59,360 nt of DNA, filler included, from Sphacelaria rigidula (GCA_964200075.2; 5 parts of 5 records of this genome joined end to end with filler, not necessarily neighbours in it), one strand, 5' to 3'; shown: positions 1-11,793, counted from the whole stretch's first letter. Notes: a model not told the origin generated them from the sequence alone. Numbers and translations are program-made.

Positions 1-129
1 CGCTGTGACAGATAGGGGCAGTCGTCTCGATCCAACCACAATGGAGTATGACCCATCAGGTACCAAGCATGACAAAGTATGACACATGGGAACCTAATCG
101 ACTGGACAATGGCCAATATATCTGTAACA
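1..129 (-). mobile_element. LTR terminus (begins TGTTACA on minus) inserted into gypsy RT; truncated by contig start
   Basis: 1-129 aligns with 57937-58066 (shared ...AGTATGACCCATCAGGTACCAAGC.TGACAAAGTATGACA...TCTGTAACA). Similarity ends exactly at TGTAACA in both copies, and the gypsy RT frame (…REFLGAQCF) stops there. Confidence 0.7.
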
Positions 130-641
130 GAAGCATTGGGCTCCCAGAAACTCCCGCATGTCTTCTTGGCTTGGCATCTCTCCCGGAGACTGTCCCATTT
201 GCGTATTCACCGCCTGATAGTCGCTGACCAAACGGAATGTGTCCCTCTTCAGCACCGCCGTCGCCGACCTCGCCCACACAGCCTGGATGCTCCCAATCAC
301 CAAACCAAACGCCACCAAAGCTGCGATGCATGAGGCAAGCCACCCGTTTTCACCGGATCGTAACGTCTTGGCTCGGCCTCCAACGCCTTTGCCTATGGCT
401 TGAGGTACACCCTCATGGGCTCTACGCACCCCGGTGGATCACCACGCAGCGCACGACGAAATGTATCCACCCGACGAGCCAAAATATCACGCAGACGACA
501 TGCGCCATCGGCGCTAAGGCCCTTCTGCTCGGCCTATTGCACGCTATTCTCAAGCGCACGTCCTCTGGCACCTCTCTCGTCCGCAGGGTCCAAGAACATG
601 TCGGGCCCCTGATCGACCAAGCGCTCCACCGCTTCATCTGC
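130..641 (-). pseudogene. Ty3/gypsy pol fragment (RT N-terminal region), decayed
   Basis: Translates ADEAVERLVDQGPDMFLDP…FRRALRGDPPGCVEPMRVYLKP*…PRRYDP, then after a frameshift WLASCIAALVAFGLV…AVWA…RLVSDYQAVN. These are gypsy RT motifs, with two in-frame TAG stops. Confidence 0.8.
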
Positions 642-1667
642 AGGAGCCTCTCTTGTCGATATTGTTGTGGGTATCCCTGTACGCGGGATCAGAGGCCGAC
701 TCCACCGAGGTTAGTCGGATCCAGGGAGTCAGAAAGTTAGACACTACACCTCCAGTGTAGGCTACACCCTGTAAAGTGTAGGCTTGATTTGGGGCACTAC
801 AACTGCTCCAGTGCAGGCTACACCCTGTAAAGTGTAGGCTCAATTCGACTGACAAACACGGTGTTACCGTGCTATCAGGCCAAAGTCTGACTCTCAGCAG
901 ACTTCGCTGTGCGGTTTGTGCGCAGGCTCTGTTTTGAGGTTTGTTACAACTCTCAAGTGTGCAAAGCTCTATGCGCCGCCCGGAAGCGGCTCGTAGACTC
1001 AATGCCCCTCGAGTGCTCTACACAGATACAACGTACCGTGTCCTCATCTTGTGCAGTCTTGAACGCCGGGTGATCAGTCCGCGTCCGAACAGCAAGCGGG
1101 GTGACTCAAAGTAAACCTGCAACCAAAGGCTCAGTCACTCTCTGACTTGTGTAGCAAACCACCTGCAACTTCCAAACAGTTCCTCGCTAGGCTCATGACC
1201 TCTTGAGGATATTGTTATGGATATCTCTGCACGCGGGATCAGAGGCTGACTCCACCGAGGTTAGTCGGATCCAGGGAGTCGGAAAGTTTGGGTAGCAGAA
1301 GTACCGCAGTACTTCAGAGCAGAAGACAAGGGTTCGACGTTGTAAACAAGGCGCTTGCGGCCAACACAGACAAATAAAACACACAGACACATGCGGCTGC
1401 TGATTGCCCAGGTAGGGTGTTGCTCCTAGAGGTGATGAGGAACCCAGACAAATCAGGAAGGTAACCAAGGAGTGAGCTCGAACACCGAGCACAGCTCATC
1501 AACATCCTTCTTTACAGACGTTAGTATATTCCTCCGCAGACGTTACATGACAACCGATACATGTTATACCGACTGTACTTTATAGCCACACTACAACAAT
1601 GAGCAATGCATGAACAGTGCTACTATACATTGACTACATAGAGGATTGTGTAGAGAATTTCGTAACA
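642..1667 (-). repeat. Copia 3' LTR (starts TGTTACG after PPT; distal ~97 bp rearranged)
   Basis: 739-1664 is nearly identical to 6761-7799 apart from tandem-unit number. 650-738 is a ~91% copy of the internal LTR segment 1199-1288. Confidence 0.85.
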
Positions 1668-1676
1668 CTCCCCTTC
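1668..1676 (-). promoter_or_regulatory. Polypurine tract of copia element
   Basis: Reverse complement GAAGGGGAG immediately precedes TGTTACG of the 3' LTR. Confidence 0.8.
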
Positions 1677-1769
1677 GATGAAAGCTGCCTGTGAAGTGCG
1701 ATATCGATTGTTAAATAAAAACCAATATGCTTCTTACTAATTATACACATGAACATAGGTGTCAAATGT

Positions 1770-3251
1770 TCATCCTCCGAAGTTCTTGATCCTGTCGACA
1801 AGGAAACGAAAACGATGTTTGCTCCAAAACGTGGTTCCGATGTCGGCGAGTTGATGCTCCGTGGGAATATAATGAATAGTCATTTTGCCATCCTTGACCA
1901 TCTCTCTGATGTAGAAGAAGCGTAGAGCGATGTGCTTTGTGCGAGAACTGTACGCCTCATTGCCGATGACATGAAAAGTGGCCGTATTATCGATGTTTAA
2001 CGACACTTGTCCGAACTGCTGTCCAAAACCCAACTTGGTCATCATGTTCAAGCAAAACACAGGTTCCTTCATTGTTAGAGCTGCAGCCACCAGTTCTGCC
2101 TCCATGGTTGACATCGCTGTCAGGCTCTGAATTCCTGACTTGAAGCTTACGGGTGCCCCACACATCATCACCATGAGATAAGCTGAGGTCGATTTACGGT
2201 TGTCAGGGTTGTTACCCCAGTTTGCATCCGAAAACGCAGTGAGCTTAAATCCTCCTCGCTTGTATATGATGTTAAACGCCTTTGTTTCAGAAAGACACCA
2301 AAAAAGATGCTTTGCAGTGCCCATGTAAACTTTGGCTGGCTTCGACATTGCAAGAGCAAGCTGGCAAGGTGCATACATCACGTCGTAACGTGTGATCTAC
2401 GCTAGGTACATAATAGAACCTGTTATGGCCTGGTACTTCTGAGTTTCTTCGTCGCTGAGAAGAATCTCCTCCGCTTGTTCCGTAGACAACGCCGAACCGA
2501 ATCCCGGGGTGTACACAGGCTTGCAGTGTTCCATTCCAAATCGTGCAAGAAATGATCTTGTATATTCCTCCTGAGTGATGGTGAGCATACCTTCTTCACG
2601 ATCGCGAGTGACTTGCATCCCCAGTACAAGCGATACATTCCCCATGTCACTCATCTTGAACTTATCCATGAGCTTCCTTTTGATATCTTCGATCACGCTG
2701 AGGTTACTCCCAGCGACAAGGAGGTCGTCGACGTAGAGGGTAATGACCGCAATCGTATTATTATGGTTGTATATGTAGACGCAGGGATCTGATTTTAGAG
2801 ACGTGAATCCAAGCTCCATTAGTTTCGGATCTATCGTTTCCCACCAGTTGCGTGGGCTTTGGGCTGATCCGTAGAGGCTCTTTTCCAGCTTAATGACAAG
2901 TTGGATTCCATCCTTATTTGTGGTCTCGCAACCAGGCGCCATTTTTATGAACAAGTCTTCCTCGTTGTCCGCATGAAGAAAAACAGTCTTGACGTCAAGC
3001 TGGATCACTTCCCAGTGCAACTCAGTAGCGATCGCGAGCACCATCCGAATGCTTTGTAGTCGGCAAACGGGAGCGAAGGTGCCGCCACAGTCTTTCACGG
3101 GGACTTGATTCCAGCCCTGTGCGTCCAGTCTGGTTTTATATGTTTTGTCCGGCTTGACTTTAAAGACCCACTTAGAGCCGATAAGTTTCAATCCCAGAGG
3201 GATATCTGTCTTTGGGACGAGAGTGTAAACCTTCAGGTCTTGCAGACTTAT
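1770..3251 (-). pseudogene. Copia reverse transcriptase and RNase H, interrupted by stops
   Basis: KWVFKVK…YKTRLDAQG, QLDVKTVFLH, LEKSLYG, LYVDDLL (2724-2735); RNase H AFSDANW…RKSTS, STMEAE, SRTKHIALRF, QLADIGT. Confidence 0.95.
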
Positions 3252-4820
3252 TTATTCCTTCTGAGCTGCTTCTTTCCACATCGTAGATTCCGGCAACTTC
3301 ATAGTTTCTTCAAAGTTCGTCGAGACCTTGATCGTTCCCAAACGAAGTTGTGTATTTGTCGCTGCGTAGGCATACTCGACCAGACTAAGCTGTTCCTGTG
3401 AGTGTGCCACGTCTGGAAACTCCCCTTTAGCGTAGTAAGCAAGTTTTCGAAGTTCTCGGACTGTTCTCGACGCAGGCACACGTTGATTACGCTCTGAAGG
3501 CACACGTTGATTAGTCTGTACACGCGTTCTGGTGTGAACGCCCGATGGAACTGACTCGTCGACCAGCGATGGTTCAGTCGACGCCAAACGTTCAGGAGCA
3601 GCAAATAGATCTCGGGACGACATTTCTTTTATGAGATCGAGTATTCGATTAATCAAAATGTCTCCAGTCTCGCGGTTTTCTGAGGGCGAACTAAGATCAA
3701 AGCTTGACGTATAGTTACGCACGTCTCGCATAAGGTCCTCACACTCATCGTACGAAATATTTCCTTCGTCAAAACCGATCACCAAGTTTAGTTCAGGCAT
3801 AACAGGAGGTGTCTCGATGAAGACGACGTTTCGACTCTCGCGTACTTTTCGAGTTTCTGGGTGGTAAATTCGAAAATACTTGCTGTCCATGCTGTATGCT
3901 ACCGGTCGTTCTTCCCACGCGCGGGGTTCCAGTTTCTTGTTATGTGTTTCTACGTGAACAAACGCTCTTGCTCCGATAGTCCGAAGGTGTCCAAGGTTAG
4001 CTTCCTTGGCGTAGAGAGCTTTGAAGGGTGTTTCATTGTTTAGAGCTGAGTGTGGAATTCTATTGATCAGGTATGTGGCAGTTTGCATGAGTTCTCCCCA
4101 AGGGAAATGCGGTAAATCTGAATCAGACAGCATGCATCTAACCATACCCGCTAAGGTGCGTCCAAACCGCTCGTTTGCGCCTATCTGTTGAGGAGTATTT
4201 GTTGATGCAAACTCGAACTTTATTCCTATGTCGAGGCATTACTTGCGAAAGGCCGAACCTGTATTTTCTCCCCCCTTGTCTGCTCTTGGGCGCTCCAAGC
4301 GCAATCCAGTGAGGACGACAACGACCTGGTTGTATAGCTGCAGGGCGTCAACAGCAGAACCCTTCTCCTTGATCAGGAAAATCTCCGTCTATTTTGTGAC
4401 CTGATCATTACACTTGACAACGTGATTGAAGCCACCCAATGCCTGAGGGGAGATTGGTCCCATGATGTCGGTGAAGACTAGCTGAAAGGGAAGCTTGACG
4501 TTGTGAGATGCTCGCTTCGGGTGCGGTTGTTGTGCGCTCTTGCCCACAGCGCAAACATCACAAGCAAGTGGATCTCCGTTATACTCAACATCATTACCCT
4601 GCACTCTCCGTAGGATATTCATACTTCTACTATTGGTGTGACCCAGGCGGCGATGCCACAGGTCTGCTGATTCGGTCCGCAAAGCTACACTATTAGTTAT
4701 ATTGTATGCAGGTAGTTCTAAACAAAAGACATTTAAGTTATCATTCTGAAGCCGCTGCAACGGTATAGCAACTTTCCCTACCTCCAATCGTGGTAGTGAG
4801 GGATAAAAAATCGTTGTCAC
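3252..4820 (-). pseudogene. Copia GAG-pre-integrase and integrase, interrupted by stops
   Basis: LWHRRLGH…CDVCAVGK, FQLVFTDIMGP, MVRCML…WGELMQTATYLINRIP, KKLEPRA, ESRNVVF. Confidence 0.92.
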
Positions 4821-6550
4821 TCCCCTTTTCGTAGCTGCCGGGACAGAGAAGAGATTCCTTCCAAGGCCAGGAACGATAAACGCTCTGAAGTTGATTGGTA
4901 TCTTGTGACCGTTGACGTCATTGACAGTACCGTGGATAGTACCTTTACCGACACCTTCGAGTTGATGGCCACCAGATTCATGCTAAGATGGGTGGGGGGG
5001 TATTTTGGGCCGTTTCCTTCCACGAAATTTTGCTTGAAATCGTCGTTAATAGTAGCAACGGTTGTTCAAATGCGCTTACTTCCGATAAATAACGCCCACT
5101 CATACCGCTTGACACCGCTTTTACCCAAATACAAGCGCGCCGCGAGTGTGTTAGGTCGTCTGAAGCATATATGAGCCCATTTTTTCGTGGAATCAAACAC
5201 CCCCCCCCCCAACGTAGCACGACTCACCAGCCGTGCAGATTTTGTGAGGCTTGTGAAGTACAGTGTAGTTCTTCATACGAACTGAGAAATCCGGTAAGAG
5301 CGAAGGATCGACGAGTGTGTCAGACGCCCTACTATCCATCAGCATGATGATGGATGTAACTCTCGGACTCAAATCGGCGCTCGAACTTAAAGTAGACGTC
5401 ATGAAGACCCCTCCGAGTGCACCAAAAAGTCCAGAGGTGTTTTTTTGTTGAAGGGGTTGTCTAACTTCAGCCTGTGATGGTCCTAACTGTATTTCGTATT
5501 TCCCGGTAGCCGTTGGCGTCGGAGAGTTGACAGCTGTCGTCGTCGTCGTGTTGAATGCGGTGGTGTTTGCAGTGTGTCTTATGGCGGAGAACGGAAATCC
5601 AAACGAGGAGTTGTCCTCGTCTTCCGGGAGATGGGCACTCCCCACTTGTGCAAAATTGGCTTGAGGAGGCGTCTGATTCTTCAGTTTTGCTTGCGCTTGA
5701 CATTCATCATCGGAATAGGTTTCAATCGGTCATACGAACACCACTTGTCGCCACCGCCACCTTTCTTGGAGTTTTTTTTCTTGTAATATTTGGGGTGATG
5801 TTGTTTGGTAGAATCCGGGCAATCATGCCGGCGGTGTCCGTAGTTTTTGCATTGGTAGCATTGGACCCTGTCGGGCGCAGCTGCCATTGCTACTCCACGT
5901 CCAGTGACGAATGGGCCCGACGATTTCTGAGAAAGTTCGTCAATGTACATGTTGATGACAGTAGAACGGATTTCTGGGAGGCCAAATGAGCGATCACGGT
6001 GACTGGTTTGTCAAACGAAGTCGTACTCCTTTGGGAGAGCACGAAGAATCACATCTTCGTAGCTTTCGTCAGGGAAAATTTCTCCCATTTCTTGCAATCG
6101 AGCACGCCAATCGTCCATCTTTGAAAAAAAATCGGAAGGGTCCTCGTCAGATTTCATCACTGTAGAAAATAGATTTTTTCGGCATGCACGACAAGCTTCT
6201 TTTGTATTCCCGTCAAATCTATCGTCGAGCGCTTTTCACGCCGCCGCTCCGTTTCCAAGAGATCTAGCTGCAGAAGTCGCCTCGTGCGCTTTTACAGTTA
6301 TGTGTGCGGATCCTTCCGTTGCGAAGTATGAAAGTGGGAAACTGTTTCCGTTCGCTTGGTCCCATTTAGCGACATCTTCACTATTCGTGGCCGAGGGATG
6401 AGGACGCGGAGTCCCGTCCAAAACTGCCAGTATTTCGGGCGAATGAAAGCCGATAGCCTGACGCATTTTCGACTTCCATTCGCGATACCCAGGGCCCGAG
6501 CATTTCGATATAAGCTGTAACGTCCTATGTACGGAAGACGATTCCGCCAT
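4821..6550 (-). pseudogene. Copia gag (CCHC knuckle) and aspartic protease, decayed and split by a MITE
   Basis: YREWKSKM N-terminal gag motif, CYQCKNYGHRRHDC zinc knuckle, LMDSRAS (degenerate DSGAS). Removing the MITE restores ICTAGGHQLEGVGKG…FIVPGLGRNLFSV. Confidence 0.9.
4975..5225. mobile_element. MITE (251 bp), 4-bp TSD ACCA, Sola-like family
   Basis: Imperfect TIRs GATTCATGCTAAGATGGG…GGGGTATTTTGG and (rc) GAGTCGTGCTACGTTGGGG…GTGTTTG. ACCA at 4971-4974 and 5226-5229. Excision restores the copia protease frame. Confidence 0.9.
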
Positions 6551-6578
6551 GACTGCACGCCCGGAGATCCCATGAACC

Positions 6579-7798
6579 TGATGAGCGCCACAGGCGCGTA
6601 TTGTCTAAAGTAGAGCCCCCCCTGAGGGTGATTAAGAGAAGCTGTGAAGTAAGTTTGTGTACTTACTGGCCGACCGCAGGTGGCGAAGCTGCGGTGTTGT
6701 GACGCCGGAGTTGCCAACTCTCACCCCGTCCTACAGGTACACTGGTCAGATGTACTGCTCAGACACTACACCTCCAGTGTAGGCTACACCCTGTAAAGTG
6801 TAGGCTTGATTTAGGGCACTACACCTGCTCCAGTGTAGGCTACACCCTGTAAAGTGTAGGCTTGATTTGGGGCACTACACCTGCTCCAGCGTAGGCTACA
6901 CCCTGTAAAGTGTAGGCTTGATTTGGGGCACTACAACTGCTCCAGTGTAGGCTACACCCTGTAAAGTGTAGGCTCAATTCGACTGACAAACACGGTGTTA
7001 CCGTGCTATCAGGCCAAAGTCTGACTCTCAGCAGACTTCGCTGCGCGGTTTGTGCGCAGGCTCTGTTTTGAGGTTTGTTACAACTCTCAAGTGTGCAAAG
7101 CTCTATGCGCCGCCCGGAAGCGGCTCGTAGACTCAATGCCCCTCGAGTGCTCTACACAGATACAACGTACCGTGTCCTCATCTTGTGCAGTCTTGAACGC
7201 CGGGTGATCAGTCCGCGTCCGAACAGCAAGCGGGGTGACTCAAAGTAAACCTGCAACCAAAGGCTCAGTCACTCTCTGACTTGTGTAGCAAACCACCTGC
7301 AACTTCCAAACAGTTCCTCGCTAGGCTCATGACCTCTTGAGGATATTGTTCTGGATATCTCTGCACGCGGGATCAGAGGCTGACTCCACCGAGGTTAGTC
7401 GGATCCAGGGAGTCGGAAAGTTTGGGTAGCAGAAGTACCGCAGTACTTCAGAGCAGAAGACAAGGGTTCGACGTTGTAAACAAGGCGCTTGCGGCCAACA
7501 CAGACAAATAAAACACACAGACACATGCGGCTGCTGATTGCCCAGGTAGGGTGTTGCTCCTAGAGGTGATGAGGAACCCAGACAAATCAGGAAGGTAACC
7601 AAGGAGTGAGCTCGAACACCGAGCACAGCTCATCAACATCCTTCTTTACAGACGTTAGTATATTCCTCCGCAGACGTTACATGACAACCGATACATGTTA
7701 TACCGACTGTACTTTATAGCCACACTACAACAATGAGCAATACATGGAACAATGCTACTATACATTGACTACATAGAGGATTGTGTAGAGAATTCCGT
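6579..7798 (-). repeat. Copia 5' LTR (~1.2 kb; inner end ...CATCA inferred; lacks terminal TG)
   Basis: 6761-7799 matches the 3' LTR. The inner end is placed at CA followed by the PBS-like GGTTCATGGG, 28 bp before the gag ATG (6550). Confidence 0.75.
6763..6974. repeat. 56-bp tandem repeat within the LTR (4 units here, 2 units at ~741-840)
   Basis: Unit CACTACACCTGCTCCAGTGTAGGCTACACCCTGTAAAGTGTAGGCTTGATTTGGGG; full units start at 6817, 6873 and 6929. Confidence 0.95.
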
Positions 7799-9460
7799 AT
7801 CTGCCTCCTCCTCATCGGCGCTCTGGAATGACCGTATGGATACGACCACACGCCTTGCAGCAAGATTGCTAGGAGTTTCCCCAGTCGGTTTGCACCGGGC
7901 GTAACCTATCCAATGCCAGCGGGTACAAATCAATCCCGAGCTTCTTCACCGTCGCCATTCCAAATAAAACCACGTTGTCCCCACCGGGCACAACAGCGAA
8001 CGTACTGGGCTGCAACTGCACAGCCCCCTATGGCGTACGCACGCTAACAGTAATCGGCACCGTTTCATGTGTAACCATCACGGGAGCATCCGTGGCGGTC
8101 TGTGCCGTTTGCGGTCCGTTTTCAAATGGAATCGGAAGCGAAGCGCCGCCAAATTGCAAAGATATTTGTCCTAGCAACCCCACACCGATCGACGTGAGCA
8201 CGGACCCAGAATCCAGAATAACGCGGACCATGCAGGGAAAGATCTGCTCGTAAACATTCAGCCTAGCGATCGACAAGTACCACGCCTGCCGAAGAACCCT
8301 GGTCGGTACCAAGAGTCACCCGACGCCAGGGCTACGCTCCAGCACTTGGCATCGATAACCGAGAATCGGCGCTCCAGCCAGAGCACGTAGCCGAATATGC
8401 AAACGGTGCTTTTACAGCCGTCGCAGTAGTAGGAGATGCGCCAGACACAGATCCTGCCTGACCCAGGGGTTGCCAACTATTGGTTCCAGCACTCCCCACC
8501 GGAGTGTTTGCATTTCCCACGTACACTGTCCGCCCCGACACGGACGAACCATAAGATACAGAGTCACCACCGGATGGCGTAGTAGAAGAATGAGCAGCGG
8601 AGGAACCACCATTCGCCATCGATTGCTTACAACCGCGGCCGTCGCGCCCGGGTCCCTGGTTGGCACGGCCCCGTCCACCGTAACGACCGCCTCGAGATCC
8701 TGATGTGAATCTCGCGCATTTCCTCGAGCAGCGCCTTGAGCGCGAAGCTTGGAGTAATCCTTGACCCGGTATCCGTTGTCGCCGCAGTTGTATCATGCGC
8801 GAGTGGACGACGCTCGCGTACACGGCTGCTGTTTCTGTCGCTGTTGTTGTTTGCGGCGCGGACTACCTGGACTTGCCGCAGAGTCGCGCCGGTCTTGCGC
8901 CTTAATGAACTTCCAGTGGTCGGCGGCATCAAATATCGTGTTGATCACCACGGTCGAGTTCTTTCTCCAGCCGTCTACATCGTGGGCGTACACTTCTGAC
9001 ATACGCCTTGAATTCCGGAGGCGAAATTCCGTCCACCAAAGTTGTGGAAACCGAATCAGCCGGCTAGATCCTATCCTTTGCACGGTAAGTGGCTTACACC
9101 GTGAGGTTTTCTGCGAAAAACGTTCCCATCGATGAATTGACCATCATCGCACGATCCTTGACGGATGTTCCACCGCTTCCTGGCGTAGTGAGAACTCTGC
9201 GTAAGTCTGCTGCAGCCCGCGAAGTGTCATGCTTGCCGCCGGTTGTGGTGTACCCGGCATGCTGCTTCACAGCATCTAGTAATTCGTCGGGGGTCGTAGC
9301 CCGAGGGTCCTTGTACATGCCTTCAAAGCACCGGTGAATATATGTTGTGATAAGCCGTTCTATGCTCACCCTGGCATGCCTTATGATCCCTTGTGCATTG
9401 GTCAAATGCAGCCTCTCCAAATACTCGAGATATTTGGCCCAAAATACTTTGAACATTCGG
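7799..9460 (-). pseudogene. Ty3/gypsy gag and protease (5' part of the element interrupted by copia)
   Basis: Protease RVILDSGSVLTSIG (ORF 8028-8312). Degenerate knuckle *YNCGDNGYRVKDY near 8755-8797. Gag-like frameshifted ORFs 8793-9456. The frame …SADEEEAD joins EAVERLV at 635. Confidence 0.8.
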
Positions 9461-9749
9461 CAAAAGTCGCGCTTCTTTCAATTCACTTTGGGTTACCCTA
9501 ATCTATGTGCGGGAAGTTTGGCTTGAGATGCGGGCTTCGCCCGCTAATTGATTCAAGCAGATTTTGTCCCGGTATATCTTCAGTTTGCCCTCTTTATTAT
9601 CATCGAGTGATTCTCAACAGACCACATCACGAGCCAGACAGATGAGGGCCATCAATCCAGGATCCCCTTTCCCCTGCCACTGCTCCAATCATGCATGCGG
9701 TTATGCTGAAACCTACGGCTTGGTATCATTTGGCTACATACTCGTCGAT

Positions 9750-10078
9750 AGAACTCGAAATTGCTAGCGTCGGTAGATTTTGGTGCAATCAACAGGTTAT
9801 CCTTGAAAGATAGTGCCCAAGTCAGTGTTAGTTGGTGTTATTGGGCGATACGAGTAAGTACCCCGTTTATCAGGAGGGTGTCACTGACCGTGAAACACAG
9901 TTTTTCGGCTTTAGTACAATGAGTACGAAGAATATCAGAAAAATAAAACTGTACATTCCTTGACAAATATGATCAGAACAGGCTCGATCGACCGAAAATA
10001 CCGAAGAGTAAAAATCTGGGCTGAAACATGGTAGGATCCCCGATGACCGGTCAGCCCGCAAGTCAGTCAATATTGAGT
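9750..10078 (+). repeat. ~325-bp dispersed repeat unit (unclassified)
   Basis: Shares GCTAGCG…CCCCGTTTATCAGGAGGGTGT…GCCCG.AAGT…TCAATATTGA with 29935-30265 and in part with 29610-29850. Confidence 0.7.
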
Positions 10079-11379
10079 ACAGGCTGGGCCGCCTGAGAAG
10101 CAGACTTCCTTCAGCCGGGTCTAACTGACGATTTATCGCGAGTTGTGCCTACTATGACACATCGTGGTCATCTGCAACTCAACGCGCGTATTTCACTTCA
10201 CGTAGTACTGCGATCTGACAAGTTTCCATCAAACGAAATACCAAACTGTAGTCAGCTGCGAAGTGGAGAGAGTTGACGGTGGCATGTGCGGCGGAATTAG
10301 GGGGAAATATGGCTGAAATCGCACTGGCGGTTACAGTCGGTTGTACTGCGGCCGCAAAGTGATGGTGCTGCACTAGTTGTGGTTGTACAACAATAATTCG
10401 TGTCGTACTGTACGCGCGCAGGGTCTGAGGTGGCACGCAGACGAGACCTCCAGCGCCCCAAGGCGTCGGGCTTGTAGAAAACGTCAAAATTTCCGGCTGA
10501 GGTTGTTGTAGTCGAAAAGCAAGTGAAGCGATTCTCGACAGAAAACCGCGATTTCACTGCTCAATTTCTAGTCGTTTTCCATGGATTTTTGACACGATAT
10601 ACATTAGGTATATGTTAAGCCCCTACCGTTTCCCCGCCTTGTATTTTCCTGTCCCCTTGTGAGTTATTGGTGATGTAAATTTCCGAACCTCGTTTCCTGG
10701 TACAAAAGTGTCGACAAGTCGTTAAAAAAAAAATGGCAAGGGGGGACGATAGGGACTTCACAACATACCTCATGCGCATCTTGTTGGGATTTCTTGAAGA
10801 AATACTTGAAATTGAACAGCATGACCGCATTTCATTTTTTCGTGGCTGGTCCATCGCCACATGGGGACCAGTCTTGAACACGAACACGCGATTCAACAGC
10901 TTCATTTCAGGTCGTTTTCTATGACATTGTGACACGATGTACACAGGATATATGTGCAGAGACGCCCCCATTTTCCCCGTACATTTATTGTTTCTTCTCC
11001 CTGAGTTATCGGTGACCAAACATTTCGGAACATTTGTTTCGGAATAAAATCGTGAATAAGTCCAAAAACAAAAACAAAAATGTAGGAGGCCGGGAATAGA
11101 GTCTTTGTACATACGTCCTGAACATTGTGTTAAAATTTCGTAGGAAACGACTCACAATTGAGCTGCTAAACCGCGTGTTCACATCCCTGTCCCCGTCTTC
11201 GGCGGCCCAGCCTGTACAGATGTTTTTTTTTCTTGGAATGTGGAGCGGATCCAAATACCTTCAGATCCCCGATGTGATAAGCTTTGGCAAGCGAAAAGAG
11301 CGCAGGAAAATCGCCAATTACGAAAAAAGTCACAAAATGCCACAAAATGAATAGTTAGACTGTTCACCCCTGTATGCGT

Positions 11380-11608
11380 GCATGTATGCACGTATACGTA
11401 AGTATATACATATACATACACACACTTACATACATATGTGCATACATACATACATACATACATACATACATACATACATACATACATACATACATACATA
11501 CATACATACATACATGCACACATACACACATACGCATACATACATACATACATACATACACACACATACATACATACATGCATACATACATACATACATA
11601 CATACATA
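11380..11608. repeat. (TACA)n microsatellite
   Basis: Directly visible; source of the spurious MYVC/HTYI ORFs. Confidence 0.98.
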
Positions 11609-11793
11609 CTGTGGCGAAATCACGCCGTCACGATTGAGTATATAGTGGATCCTGGATGATGACCAGGGGGCATCCTGTAGATGATGACTCTTGATGTGTA
11701 GCCCAGGCCAGATGGTACAGGGTTGCAGAGTATTCACTCCATGATAATGATAAGGGGTGGTAGAGGCTGACAACAGAGACCTTGAGGCCAGAA

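Larger units (their letters stand above)
642..7798 (-). mobile_element. Ty1/copia LTR retrotransposon, full-length but decayed
   Basis: Two near-identical long direct repeats, domain order gag-PR-IN-RT-RH on minus, PPT GAAGGGGAG next to the 3' LTR, and a flanking duplication ATCTGC at 636-641 and 7799-7804. Confidence 0.95.

Noticed and set aside
634-1505. Duplicated ORFs (122, 99, 63 aa) recurring at 6840-7639
   Set aside because: Chance ORFs within the two LTR copies; no protein features.
6763-6974. Palindromic repeats resembling a CRISPR array
   Set aside because: Units are whole tandem copies with no unique spacers, inside a eukaryotic LTR; no cas genes.
11179-11773. ORFs rich in MYVC/HTYI
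   Set aside because: Translations of the (TACA)n microsatellite.
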